Positions 49,240 to 62,876 of a stretch of 64,000 nt of DNA are shown here, one piece after another (the first letter of the stretch is position 1; each line of letters starts with the position of its first letter). Both the position numbers and the translations under genes were made by a program. The DNA lies in the NCBI GenBank assembly GCA_026023565.1, contig JAPETS010000041.1, positions 186,001 to 250,000 on the forward strand, written 5' to 3'. This DNA comes from Cirrosporium novae-zelandiae. Taxonomy: Eukaryota. Under the pieces are notes generated by a model, which was given only the letters and a program-made list of their open reading frames with translations, was not told where the DNA came from and ran no database searches.

Positions 49240-51610
49240 TCACCTGCCCCAAGCTGTTGGACTAACAACCTCTCGTTTTCCAAACCAGAGAGCGTTCAAT
49301 CCGACACGTATGTGTCCGTTTCCCCCGCGGTTGGCGCGGTAGTAGTATGGGATGAATTTTAGGGTGTGAGTGTGGGTGGGCTTTGGGGTTGGGGTTGACG
49401 GTTTTGTATCGTCATTAGCATTATGATGGGTTTCGTTGTTTAATGATGCGGTGGTTGTGGTGGTTGTTGTGCGCCCCGGAAACGCGCCTCCTCCGGTTTC
49501 GGCTTGATCCCACGCTCCTAGATCGGTATAGCTCCCCGCATCTTTGGCCGTGATTAAAATGATGGACGGGTGCTCCTGGGTGCTAGGATCTTGGAGGTGT
49601 TGTAGTAGTGGCGATTCAACCAAGGAGGCAGAGGTATCGAACCACAGATCTTGAAAGTGGGGACAAGAGGTTTCCCAGGGATTATCTACGTCCTCGAGAC
49701 AATACACTAGGGGACCACGGGCGACGGCGACAATGTTTTGGTTCGTGTGAGGGTGCGGGGTGATGAGGCGGGGTTGGAAGCCGGAAATGGTGAGGGTGAA
49801 TTTTGGATGCGCGTGGAGCCAGGAGGGGGGGAGAGAGAGGTAGTTTTTTTGAACTGTGGAGAGGCTGGGGGGTTGGGGATATATCTGTGGGGTGTTTTAG
49901 AACGCGGGTGAGTGATTAGAGCGATAATGGATGGATGAATGGCGAACCTTCCATCCAGTGGCCCAGGTTGGGATACGAAGTCGGATTGTGGTTTTGAGCG
50001 TTGATGGTGCTTGGAGCGTGAATTGTACTTTCCCTTCCCACGGCCATCGGCTTTTTTGTGCGAGGCTAATATCATTCCCCTTGAGAGAAAACTTTAGTGT
50101 GGCGCTTGTGTATTGGTGCACGTTGATATAAACCAATGGTTCGGCTTCGGATTCACCCTCTTGACCAAAGGTCCAAAAGTATCCACCAAGCATCCCGAAA
50201 GTCCTTGTGATATTTGGAGGGCAGCATGCGCATTGGAACCACTTCTCGCGCCTCGAAAGACCTCTATCAGAGGAAGCTAGTTGGTTCACATATGTGAATT
50301 CTTTCCCGTTACTGGACATTGAGGTCAGCATAGCGTTGTAAAGGCAGAGTTCCATAATGTCAGCAAAATGACCATTAAGGTCGGTTTGCAGCATTCTTTC
50401 TGCCAACATCATGACACCGATGGCTGCACAGGTCTCTGCATAGCAGCCTCCTTCGTCAGTTCCCTGAGGGAGGAAGTAGTCTATCCCAAACCCCTCCCAC
50501 TTATCCATTGCTCCTATTCCGCCGGTCAGATACATCTTCTTGTCGACCATGTTGTTCCAAAGTCTCGACAAAGCTTTTCTATACTTTGGTTTGAGACTAT
50601 CCAGATCCGTGTTCATTAGATCGGCAACGGCGGTAAGAAGATACATAGCCCGTACAGAATGGCCTTCAATCGATTCTTGGTCGCAAATCGGTTGATGGGC
50701 TTGTTGATACCTTGCAAAAAATTTAGCTATCAAATGATCAAAGATTTAAAGCCATAGGTCCCACCAGAAACTTTGCTTGTCTGGCCAAGCATTCGGCATC
50801 TCGTTCTCTTGCTCTCCCCTTTCTTCGGCTTCCGCAACGTAAAAATGCTTACCATCAACACTTACTGGATTCCCCCTTTCTTCGATGAAATAGCGGGCTA
50901 ATGATAAATGTTCCGGGTCGTGTGTCACGTTATGAAGACGCAATAGCGCCAGCTCAATCTCCGGGTGTCCGGGATAACCGTGTATCTGTGATTCTCTCGG
51001 GCCAAAGGTCTTGCTTAGGAGGTTCACATACTTCAATATTGGCTCTAGCAGAAGATCATTGTTGTAGTGCTGATGATGTATTAAGCTTGCCTCGATTAAA
51101 TGTCCGGCGTTATATCTCAGAAACAGTTATTTAGGCTCCCAATTGGGCAGATAGAGGTCATGCCTCAGGAAATAGGGGCTTATACTCAATTGCTGAAACA
51201 TACAGTTCATGGAGATCTCTTATGTTCGTAAACCGTTCATTTGGCTTTACCACTGTGAAATGAATGTTCAAATATCCATCATCTTGCTGAGCCGATCTAA
51301 CCATCTCAACCAGCTCCTTTACTGCCTCATCAATCTCGCTGTCATCTTGTTCTTCTAGAAAGTAGCATGCCCCCTCGATCCACTTTGCAACATCCGAGTC
51401 CCAGAAAAGGTGTTTTGGCGTACCGCCAGGATCCACAGGTTCATCGTAAATGGGATGCCACTTTAACCGGAATGCATCATATCGGCCAGTTTCTTTCAGC
51501 ATGTTCAATTGATACCGAAGTGTCGTGTTGCGCACAACATCACGGCGAGGTGCCCAGAATGAGTCTGGGGAAAAGGTAGTGAAGCGGAAATTTGTTTGGG
51601 GGTATGACAT
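49240..51610 (-). CDS. GH127 (DUF1680) beta-L-arabinofuranosidase-like glycosidase, 721 aa, no signal peptide
   Basis: Exons 51610-51204, 51115-50765, 50710-49948, 49884-49240; FWDSDVAKW, HELYNAGH, GHPEIELAL, GHSVRAMY, YAETCA, CACCPPN, RGPLVYC. Confidence 0.93.
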
Positions 51611-52206
51611 GATATCTTTGAACTCAACGAGAAGATACCTTGTAGAGGAGAAAAAGAATAAGATAGAATAGATGGGCTTTGAGGGTGGTTCCCTTCCCTC
51701 AGAAACTGCGAGAGATGGGCTAGCTGTTAGATAAGCAATGATGGAGAAAGGAAGTTGAGCTGTAATTAGTGTTGACTTGTTGACTGCGAGCAGCTAAAAG
51801 AACATTAACAGGGACTAGAAAAATGATCCCGGGGAAGCTTTCAGGCAAAATCAGCTTTCAACAATAATTCAATCTGAAGGCCTCTCGAAGAAAAATAATA
51901 GTAAAAAGAAAGAAGAATTTGTGAGTGCCTCTTATTTTGGGGGACCCGCGTGGTAGGTTTGAATAAAAAAGCAAAGTCGATAAGATAAGAGAATGGCCAT
52001 GAACCATCCTCGCGTGCCCTCCACCTCCATAAACTCAGCCCTATCACATCGTCCAAGCTTCTTCTCCATCATCCATCCTACCAAGCCCAAAGTATCTTGG
52101 AATTTCAAGGACACCTAACCTCTCCACTTCTTCCCCTCAAGGTTCTTATTAGAGCTCCTGACGGGTAGAGCAAACACTCACTCCCCTCTATTCAAATCCC
52201 AACCAA

Positions 52207-52669
52207 ATGCGAACATTCCAATCCCGTCCCTTCCGCGGTAGCGGCGGCGGCTCTGCTCACAATGGAATCGCAGCCAAATATCGTGCCTCTCTAAACCGTC
52301 ACCCATTCCTCCTCTTCGGCCTACCATTCATAACAATCATAGTCGCCTCATCCTTCCTCCTCACGCCCGCCACGGCATTAAGGTTTGAAAAGCATGATCG
52401 GAAGGTGCGGCAGTTGTCCCAGGAGGAGGCTATTGGGCTGGGAAAAAATAGAAGGAAGGTTGATATCAACGAAGAGTATTATGTACGTCATTTGTCATGC
52501 TACCTCAATCAACATCATTAGGTGTTTGTTTGGGTGTACTTGGATTTCATGGGATATTATTCTGCTAACTGCTATATCTGAACTGTAGAGATTGGCTGCC
52601 AAAGACCTCGATGACTGGGAACAAAAACGTGTAGAAAGATTGCCGGGCGAGCCCGATGGAAAGCTTTGA
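52207..52669 (+). CDS. COX16: Cytochrome c oxidase assembly protein Cox16
   Basis: Intron 52483-52588; HPFLLFGLPF, RRKVDINEEYYRL, DDWEQKRVERLPGE. Confidence 0.95.
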
Positions 52670-53125
52670 AATCTTTGCTCTTTGTTAGTACCGCATCTCT
52701 CGGGGCGCCATTGGGTCGAAGGATAAAATTGGGCATCATGAATTTGGGTGGTTGAGGGTTCGAAATGGCGTCTGAGGATTTCTATCACGGTTGGGCTATG
52801 CCGGATCAATAGGGCATATATCATGTACAGTAACTACCTAAAATGTAGATATCTAAATCCAAAGAGGATGAATGCTGATACAGTTTACACTATTATGGTA
52901 AACGTCATGGTTCTTGAATTCGTTATTTACGTTCTCGCATTCGTTTCACTAGAAATACATATCCTAACTGCCTATCAATCCCAAGTAATGATGCTTGATG
53001 CAATATTTATATTGTCTAGCCCTTCTGCAGAAGTGAACCCGAAGACTCCAAAGCATGCCTCGTTGACAGTTAAGGCCCAAGAGAGACCAAATCTTGCCAA
53101 TAAATACATATGTTCAAGATGCCCG

Positions 53126-55835
53126 TCAACCCTGATAACTCCGTCTCGCTTCCTCCTTTGTAATTCCTTTTCTCATTTGCGGCGGCAGTTGATCAACATA
53201 CCATTGCAATACCGCCTCATAACATAGGACAAATTGTCGAAGACTCTGGACCATACTCAGCCTTTGATTGCGGAAATCTTCAACCGTCTTGGCTACAAGG
53301 TCCACATCATCGTTGTTGACCCAGTCATCAGGTTGGTCAATGTCCATCTGTTCGTTGTCTCTCTCAGCTGGTCTCATTTTCACTGATAGCTGTCGTTTGA
53401 GCATGTCCACAACGCTATCGACTGTGCAAAAGGTCCCCGTTCGACCACACCCGGCACTACAATGAACTACGATTGGTCTGCCCCCCTCTGATTCGGGCTC
53501 AAAAGTCGATCTGGTGACGGTTGGACTTCTGATGCTTTGGACAAGGTTGTTGCAGTGTTCAACCAGCCCCAAGAGCTGCCCAGCATTTGCAGGAGCCCCA
53601 AAGTCGGGCCAGTTTGTGTATTGCAGTTGAGTAATCTCACGCATCTTGGCAAAAGGGAGTTCACTATGCGTCAAGGCAAATGTGCGAACGGTTGCATGCG
53701 GTAATTCATTAGTCGGAGATATATTATGATTCTGGGCCAACTCTTTCTCCATGAGGCTATTTGGGTTTGTGGATCGCCTTTGGCCTAGGATGCGTTTTAC
53801 TTGGACGGCGCTCATTGGCGTGGTGGATGACTCCAATGATACCCGCTTTTCGGAGAGAAGTTTGAGTTTCAGTGGTCCATATATTCCGGTTTTCCAGTAC
53901 TGGTGGCTCTTTATTTGGTTACCCTCTTTTTCTGCTGTAAGCATAACAATTACGCGGGCGTCTTGTTCCCAGACAACGCGCCAGAAATCCTAAAACAGGA
54001 TTAGTACATGCATTTGATATGCACAGAATTTTACTCACATTAAAGGTTGATGGAATGGGAGCTTGGGTTGCAATATAATGCTTATTGCTCCACTCAGATT
54101 GTATATGATTTGCATTGACATAATCGCAATCACCGTTTGGAACATCCTGTAATCGAACCCGTGAATGATCATACGGGAAAATATTATTGTATCTGTTTTT
54201 CGAACCCTTCTCGATACCTGCAATCTGGATGGGTTTGGGGGCTCCAGGCTCTGTTGGGTTGTAGCTGACAGTTAACGCTTGCTCCATCCGTTTTTGCTCA
54301 TCCTTTTCAATCTTGAGGAATTTATCAGATGCTGTCTTCCCATCATCCTGTTTGTCGCAAATTTGCCGTAGCCAAGTTGGGAGGCTGGCTCGAGCTCTTT
54401 CCGACATTCCTTCGGGGTTCTTAATAGATATTTGGCCGACACCGCCAATTAAATCCATGTTTTGTCGAATATTGTTAAAGAACGGGTTAGCAGCGGACTT
54501 TGATGAAGGTAATGGACATCCACCGACGATCTGCAATCCTCCCTTCGGTGGTTCGATGGAAAGTGTTTGTTTGTTCGCAGATGGGGTCGTCGTGCGTGGC
54601 GAATTCTGATCCATCAACTCGGGGTGTTGTTTGCTGAATTCGGCGATTCCCCCTCGCAGAATGCTTGTCTGTCCCTTGTATCCCTCATTGGTGAATTTCT
54701 TTAGTGTGTTGACGCAAGACAACGCATCTTTCAGCTGTCGTGAGCATGCATCATATACAATTACGTGCTTATATGTTCTCCACTCAGCAAACCTCTTCTT
54801 TTCCGCATCCCGGCTAAAAGTGTCGGCGAGTTTTTGAAGATTGAAGGACGGGCGCTTAAGAAGGGTGGTGGGAATGCACAAATTGAGTGCATCTTTAATT
54901 CTAGATTGTGCATAGTGAGGGTTGACTCGAAGGTCTAATAATAACACTTCCCTTGGCATCGTCTGGAGTAGTTTTGCAAGGTCCTGAGGAAGCATCATTG
55001 ATGGGCTATTCTTGTCAAATGAAGGGGGGAGAGTATCTGCCCGCTGGACCTGCTTCAAATTCGACGATATCGAGGGTCGGTTATCTATTTCGTTTGGTAG
55101 AGTCACATGTGGTAGAGATAGTCGCGGCATGCGATCGTCTAATGGTATTGATTGACCAAGTGGTCTTGGTGCATGGTCGATGTCTTCGAAACTCTGTGGT
55201 GAGGCATTGAATCGTGCTCTAGATATCGAGGGGAATGGAGAAAGTTCATTTGTTTGTCCTTGGATCCGGGATTGACTGATAGGATTGACGTCCATGCTAC
55301 CATCCGTACCTTGAGTCTCATCACCCTTTTGCTGCGCACGACCGGGGGATAACTGGCCGCTTTCCTGATCGACCGTACTACTCGCAAGTCTTTCAACACC
55401 TGGGCGACGAGGTTGAGGACTAGCAAATTGTGAGAGAGCGCCAAGACTTAGATTGAATCCGTTTTTCTCTGACTGACGACGAAATGCAGCGAATTCGGGT
55501 CTCTGGTCAACGGGAACGGGTCGAGGGGAAGGAGCTGCAGCGGAGCGCACAGATGATGATGGTAACGCCCAGTTCTTCCTCGCATATGGTCCTGCATCTG
55601 ACTCGGCAGGGTTATGCGACTCAACAATAATTCCAAAGTAATTTGGACTGGGAGTACGAGGATCGGTGGGTTGAGGTGATGTTGCTTGTCCCTGTGCCGC
55701 CGATGAGACAGACGCTGGTGTTCGTGAAGAGAGACCCGCTGGGGTGGTAGATGATAACTGATGGGATCGACTTGGGGGTCGTGAGTTCCACGATGAGCGT
55801 GGAGAGGTGACAGATGCGGCGGCGGCGGTAGACAT
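53126..55835 (-). CDS. Protein tyrosine phosphatase with rhodanese-like domain (Ptp2/Ptp3/Pyp1 type), 886 aa
   Basis: Intron 53990-54038; LLLDLR, KNRY, WPDFG, VHCSAGCGRTG, QRLSMVQSLRQF. Confidence 0.95.
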
Positions 55836-56531
55836 TATGGATGAATAAAGGCAAGATCGAGTAAAGGGGGATTTATACGAGCGAAAGGGTGGTTTAGAGA
55901 AAGGTCGGAATGTATTTGTTGGGTATATTTGTTTGTTGTTGTGTGGTTAATCCATACGAGATATAATCATCATCGTTACTGATCGAAGATTCTGTTCATG
56001 ATTACTGTTGTACTGAAGAGGGTCAATGTATCAAGTACCAAAAGAGAGGAAGGCTGAGATGCTGTGTGACTTGAGGTACTATCTGATGACGTCGCTGGAG
56101 GTTGGGTTGTGGCAAGAAGACGGCCAAAGTCGGGGGGGGTAAGAGAAAGAAAGTATTTTTGTATCATTAATTGCGGCGAAGCAACCTCTATTAGACAATC
56201 ACCCTCAACTCATTACTAGGGGGATGGAGAATTGGGAGGGGGAATCAAATAATATTTTATTTATTTTATCAGGTCATTATGTTATTTTTTTGTTTTTTTT
56301 ATTTTTGTCTTTTATTTTTCTTTTTAAGCAAAAAAGGGTGGGAAGGGAAAAAGGTGTTGGTTCAATTTTACTAGGTTCAAAAAAGTGTGGGAGGACGAGG
56401 GAAAAGCAAGGGAATCCAGGAAAAAAAAGGTTAAGTGATTTGGCCATTTGACTATTAATGTCTGCCAGTGGTTCCGGTGGTTGCCACTGAAGTAAAGTCC
56501 CTCTCTTAATTAGCTGTTGCTCTTGACTTCT

Positions 56532-57565
56532 TGTCTTGACGGTCTTGACGGTCTTGACTGTCTTGACTGTCTTGACTGTGCATGTCAATGTGGGGACAGA
56601 TGAAGTTCAAGGGGACTAGGAAGGGATCGACTTGTCAAGGGACTTTGGTTGCGACATGCTGTTCCGGGCTAGAATCATGGCTGGAATCAGCTCCCCCTCG
56701 TCCTTCTAATTTTACAAGACCGACCAAGGGCTGTAAGAGGCTGTAAAAAGGCCGTGAAGGGAGATTTCAAAAAGGGTCCGGGAAAGCTGAGCGAGCAGAG
56801 CGAGAAGAGCGAGACCTGGAAAGACCAAAATTGCCAAAATTGCCAAAATGTCAAAATGACGACGTAATAATACCCAAAATGACAAAGTTTCGGTTCATCT
56901 GGGCCCCAAAGCAAACCCTTAATTAATAGGTACAGTACCTACTCAGTAATCCCATCATCATCATCGTCACAGACAGTATTCAGCATTCAGCATTCAGTAT
57001 TCAGTATTCAGTATTCAGTATTCAGTATTCGAGTAATTTTAACTCATGTAATTAATTCGTATCAACACAACATCCGACGAGGAAGTGGTTGCCCTATTGG
57101 TAATAATTAATTGCAGACTTGGGCAGGACAGGCAAAACAGGCAGGGATGAAGGATTTCAAGGATATTCAGGATTTCATCAAGTTCAAAAAGCTTCTCAAA
57201 AAGCCACCTTTGCCTGAAAGTTGACTTTCCTCTCAGCCGCCGGCATCGAAGATGGGCTTTGTCTTTTTTTTTTTTCAGGGCCCGAGGGGGGGGGGGGGCC
57301 TTACAGTTTACCCTCAAGTTACCTTGAAATGCCAGGGCGTATTGCCGCAAGGCCCCAAGGCCCCAAGGCCCCACACAGCTTTCAGTCCCTACTGTACCTG
57401 TAGACACACATTAGGTACTTAGTAGGAAAGACTACTCGAGTATATCCTCACCGCCCCAAGATATCGCTAATCGCTAATCTCAATCATCAAACACAACTCG
57501 ACTTATTCTCCCCATTCTCTTGTTCTCTCATTCTCCCATTCTCCCATTCTCCCATTCTCCCATTC
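56532..57565. repeat. Field of unrelated 7-9 bp tandem repeats
   Basis: (GTCTTGACK)x5, CCAAAATTG repeats, (CAGYATT)x8, (CAAGGCCC)x3, (TTCTCCCA)n. Confidence 0.8.
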
Positions 57566-58674
57566 TTAACCCCCCCCCCCCCCAAATCAATTGTTCCATA
57601 TTTTCCTCTTTGACCTTAGCTGATCATAAACAAGGTACCATTCTACTCATATTCACTCAACTCATTCTTTGGCAAATATTCTTCTTGTGCTGTAGTGTCT
57701 TAACATATGTACAAGTCCATTATGCTTTTATGCTGAAACTCGGAAATTGATCCAATTCGAAACAATAGCAACAAAGCCTCGAGCGTCATTTCGAACTCAT
57801 TCTAGAAGGCGTTATCCGGCCACTTTCCCGGACATGATGCAGGAATCAGCCCACTGGATACCCATGTGGCTGCCAAAACACCAGAAAATCTTCGATTCCC
57901 ACAATATTTGACTTGTCTGTCTGAGATGGTCATCTACGACATCACCAGATATTTATCTCACCTCAAAGCTTCACCACAAATCCTACGGAATATGCAGTAA
58001 TCGTGATGATATGATCAATATGATCATACGAGCTCGATCAAAATTCCCAGAGACATTTCCCCGGACACATCTGATGAACCATCATCTATAGGTCTGTAGA
58101 GCTACGTACATGTACAATACCGAGTAATTATACTGCAGGTAATCCCGATATTCAACCCACTCTCTATCCGTCAAACCCACTTTAATCTCTTGGCCTTTGT
58201 TGATGGTGACTTCTGATTAATCCAACGCTTTCAATTCGACCCAGCTTTTGCAAATCCCCCCGATCCCCCGTCCCTCGTGAACTGTTCTTATCGATAGCAT
58301 CTAATCGCTATTGTCGTCATTCTTTTCAACTATCTATTGGTCCTGCGGACTTAAGCTATGTCTCCAATGTTCCTGTCGCCCAAATCCAAAGGTGAAGCCT
58401 CTAGGAACAACCAAGGTATTAACCATCTTGACTTGAGATTCATCAGATCGATAATATCAATGGCAATGAACCGTCTTCCATCTCCGCATTCTATATCTAT
58501 CTTCGGGATTAAGTAGATCCCTTTATCTGCATTGTTCTACGATGTTTTCTGCCTATATAATGGACGCTATATTTTCTTCACGTCAATTGAAGAGTATGTT
58601 CCTTTTTTTCCTTTCTTATTTGTATTGTCTAGAGTAGTCTTATTAGATTCTACCTTCAATTGACAACAGCTACC

Positions 58675-60209
58675 ATGGACCCCGGTTTCCCTGACCCAGA
58701 AGCCTCCATCAAAAAGAAGGCCTCTCTTGTTCCCTCTGAACCCTCTTTCCTTGTCGGAGAAGTCGAACCCATCAACCACCATGCTGAACGTGCTCTCTGC
58801 CGCAAGTTCGATTTTCGGATCCTCCCCGTCCTTGCCTTGATGTACCTCTTTAATTCCCTGGACAAGTCTAACATGGGAAACGCGAAAACTAACGGCCTGG
58901 AGGAAGATATTGGGTTACAAGGAAGCCAGTATAATATCATGCTTAGCGTCTTCTATGTTCCATATGTCGTTTTTGCCCCCCCTATAATGATGCTGGGGAA
59001 AAAATATGGACCAAGCAGAGTATTGCCAATTCTGATGTTTTGTTTTGGATCTATTACTCTCTTCATCACGGCAGTCCGAAATTTTGGGGGCTTATGCGCT
59101 CTGCGCATGTTGTTGGGACTTGCAGAGGGTGCTTTCTTCCCGCTCGTGATATATTATCAGACAATGTGAGACCTGCAACTCATAGTGCCTTCTGTCCCCT
59201 AACACTTCCCAGGTTTTACCGTCGCGCAGAATTAGCCCGACGTCTCGCAATTTTCTACGCTGCTTCCAACATTGCCTCCGCTTTTTCTGGTCTCTTGGCT
59301 TTCGGTGTCTTTCGCATAAATTCCGGCGCCCTCGCCTCCTGGCGCTATCTATTTGTGATCGAAGGCGCATGCACTGTCCTCTTTTCTATGTTCGCTTTCT
59401 GGTACCTCCCAAGATCCGCCTCTGAAGCACGCTTCCTCAATGAAGAGGAGAAGCAACTCGCGTTCCATCGCATCCAGATTGATAGTTCCGCAATCGTAAA
59501 CGAGAAATTCAATCTCCGAGAATCCTTTAGTATTTTTAAAGATTTCACGACATATATATTCCTGCTCCTAGAAATATGTCTCGGTGTTCCCGCCACCAGC
59601 GTCAGCAACTTCCTCCCCCAAATCATCGCACGCTTAGGCTATTCGACAGTCAAGACAAATCTCTATACTGTCGCGCCTAACGTCTCCGGTGCTGTGGTCC
59701 TTCTTCTCTTAGCATATCCCTCCGACCTCCTTCGTATGCGCTTCCCTTTCATAGCCCTTGGCTTCCTCCTCACATTCATCGGTTTCATGATATATGTCGC
59801 TATTGATGTCGAAAAGCAATTGCATGTCGCGTACTTCGCCACGTTCATGATGTGCTGGGGTACCTCTGCTCCCGTGACGCTAGTTTCTGTCTGGTATAGC
59901 AACAATATCGCCCATGAGGGTCGAAGAGTTGTTCTCACGAGCATTGGTGTTCCATTAGCAAATCTCATGGGTCTGGTAAGCTCAAATATTTTTCAGGACA
60001 AGGATGCGCCCAAGTATATTCCAGCGTTGGCGACGACGGCGGCGTTTGGGGCGTTTGGTGTATCGTTGACTGCATGTTTAGGGATTTGGATGATGTGGGA
60101 TAATCAAAGAAGGAATAGAGTCCAGGGGATGAAGCTTAGAGCGAGCGAGGCTCCAACAGAAAGATTGAGGGAAGGTCCGAAATCTGAGGAGTTTAGGTGG
60201 TTCATCTAA
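58675..60209 (+). CDS. MFS transporter, anion:cation symporter family (allantoate/nicotinate permease-like)
   Basis: Intron 59166-59212; RKFDFRILP, LDKSNMGNAK, FYRRAELARR, WRYLFVIEG, DNQRR. Confidence 0.93.
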
Positions 60210-60493
60210 AGTGAAAAAGGTGACATGGTATGTACATGTACCTCGACCAACTTTCTTGGCATAGCCCATCTCATATCGATATAAGGATATATATACTCCT
60301 TAGAGAGGTCAAGGATCGAGAAGGCAGAAAGAATTAGGCTTATTTCATCCGTATCTGAAGCATGCGTGCTATCGGACAGAATCTAGTTCCAGATATTTCC
60401 CAACTTTCGGTCCAAGTTTGATTTTCACGCCATGCTTTGATATGCCCAATAACAGCACGAACAATCAAAACTCTTAACCGCAAGGAAACAACT

Positions 60494-62256
60494 TCAATCC
60501 GCCAGACCGATGGTTGTCGCCTTTTTCGTACTATATGTACTTAAATCTCCGAAATCCCACATCTTCAGACCGATATCTGTCAACGCAAATAGCTGATCTG
60601 TTTTTCCATTAAACTTCATGTCATGAATAACACCGTCACTTTTGTACCGGGTAGGCGAAATGATCCGTCGTACACGCGGATCGGATTTATATACAACTCG
60701 GACGAGCTCATCTGGCTTCATTGTCCATACAAACAGGTCTTTCCAGTTTGCAGCCGCGATCCTTGTCCCGTTGGCGTTGATTGCCATCGCCGTCCCCGGC
60801 AAACTGGTGCCTTGGGGAAAGTCCAGGAGGGTAGCCGCAATCTGCCAGTTGGTGCTTTCGATACGTCCCCAATGGAAATCATCATTACTGGGCATATCGT
60901 CTTCAGGCGGCGGGGAAGAAGAATGACAAACGAATGCGAACGTCTTGAATAACGACACAGGCTCTTCAAACCCCACGGTTAGGAAGTTTGATATCTTTGA
61001 TTGTGCGTCGTATTCGAACCAGTGAGGCAAGTTAATATTCAAGGAAACCGTCATTGCATTGGACTCATCGCTGACACCGACTACTACTCCGGTGTCAATA
61101 TTAGCGAATATCAACACGTTGTCAAGGATAGAGGCGTTTAGGGTGGGACCAGCACGCCTCTCCAAGTATCCGCTGTGATATCGCAAACTTGGCCCAAATG
61201 AACCATGAAGTAATGCTTCATTATTAGAGAATTCAATTTGACGTAACTGGTAATTCGGGAAATCCAACGTGCCACCGAAATCATATTCGTAAGCATCAAT
61301 TTCGTCCGAAAGGTGGTTCCAATTGGCAATCGCCTGACGAGAATCGGAATAGAACCTCGAATTCGAACGTCGATCACGCAGGAGCTGTCCGTTCCAAGAT
61401 ATGATAGCTCCTAATCTTGATGTAGAAAGAACTAGAGGGCGTTGATTTGGTAGTGACATAATCCTCCAAATCTGTGTTGGTTCAGTTATAAAATGGTTGG
61501 GGCCTAGAGTACGAGTCAAAATAATTTCATCAGAAGATCCCCAGGCGAGATCAGGTCCAGATACCTACCTTTATAAATACTTGTGTCAATTACATAATGA
61601 AGAAGTTTGTATTCGAGGGAACTTTCAGAAACTTGATAACGAACCAGTAGAGTGAATATAAAAGTGGTCGGATCCCGATATGCACTCGATATGCTGGATC
61701 GAACGATATCTACATTTTCGTACGAAGTACAGTTGAAAGGGACTGAGATCTGCAGGAATAGAGAATCGGCCAGCGAGTCCTCGAGTCTATAAATGTTCAC
61801 TTTCGGCAAGCCTTCACGCACGAGAGCAAAGAAAGCTATGTTATCGGTTTGGGGATAGATATTCGCCAATGTTGAAGCACCTATATTAATATTGTAAGGC
61901 CCTAGATAATGGTAGATTGTTTCTTTTGGATAGAAACCAATTAGGTTCCAAGCAGCTCTTCGGAGGAATAATGGCAAGAGTAGGTTGGATTGTATAGGGC
62001 TAGAATCTTCAAAGCATCCGGGAATATGTTTGAGATGACGCTTTAAAGCAGATATGTTTTTTTTCGCACTTTCATAGAAGCGTTTGCAAGAGCAAAGGGC
62101 ATTGACAAAGGTTTTGGGATCAACGTGGTCTAGAATTACCATTAATACCTCAATTGGTATTCGGTCAAATGGTTTAGGACTTTGTTGACTCTGTGATGGG
62201 CATGGCAATTCGGAAGAGGGACTTTCTGGTGAAGATTCCTGGATGGAAGAGGACAT
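60494..62256 (-). CDS. F-box protein with probable C-terminal beta-propeller, 565 aa
   Basis: Intron 61504-61568 joins the two ORFs in frame; FDRIPIEVLMVILDHVD...SCKRFY; WD-like ends (LFVW, LKMWDF). Confidence 0.7.
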
Positions 62257-62680
62257 GGTGCTTGTAAGTGAGTTGAGGGTGATTTGATCTGGGGTAAATG
62301 GTAAATGGAGTTTTCGAGTACTCTAATACATCAAAAGAGTAAACGGCGGTGAGGATAGAGAGGAAAGGAGTGAAGCAAGTTAGTTAAATACCCATTGTCT
62401 GTCTCAGTGAGTAAACACCATGAAGCATTTTGGCAAAAGGCCTTTCTTGAGTGATCATGAGTGATGATGTATGCACGGTGATGGACTACTACATGTGGGG
62501 AATTCAAACATCTCCAGGACATTTTTGCTCCGACAGTTCCCTTGGCCTTGTCATATTTGTCCAACGTACTTTGTATGCAGCCATAATCGGCTTGAGTGAC
62601 CAGCGGACCAATGAGCGGCAGCAAGGTTACCTCAATTAGCGCACAAATCGTACAAGTGGGAGGCTCAACTTCTGAGGATA

Positions 62681-62738
62681 TTTTTTTTTATTTTTTTTTA
62701 TTTTTTATTTTTTTATTTTTTTATTTTTTTTTTATTTT
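62681..62738. repeat. Poly(dA:dT) tract, (T6-9A)n, in the divergent F-box/DHODH promoter
   Basis: Direct reading. Confidence 0.8.
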
Positions 62739-62876
62739 CAAAGGTAATCAATTGATTTTTTCCACACATTGAGCTTTTGCTGGAGAGGTATTGGCAGCGT
62801 CGGAAGCCACTCCAAGGCGACATCTGCAATTGGCCTTAAATCAAAGCTTTTGTTCTGCGAAAAACACTCCGTCGCG

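Noticed and set aside
49707..50075. Frameshift in the GH127 C-terminus
   Set aside because: Intron 49885-49947 restores a continuous frame
36295..51610. Pentose utilisation cluster (FGGY kinase + GH127)
   Set aside because: Separated by five unrelated housekeeping genes
56975..57030. CRISPR-like array
   Set aside because: Simple 7-bp tandem repeat with no spacers, in a eukaryotic genome
61504..61568. Two separate or frameshifted ORFs at the F-box locus
   Set aside because: A 65-nt GT-AG intron joins them in frame
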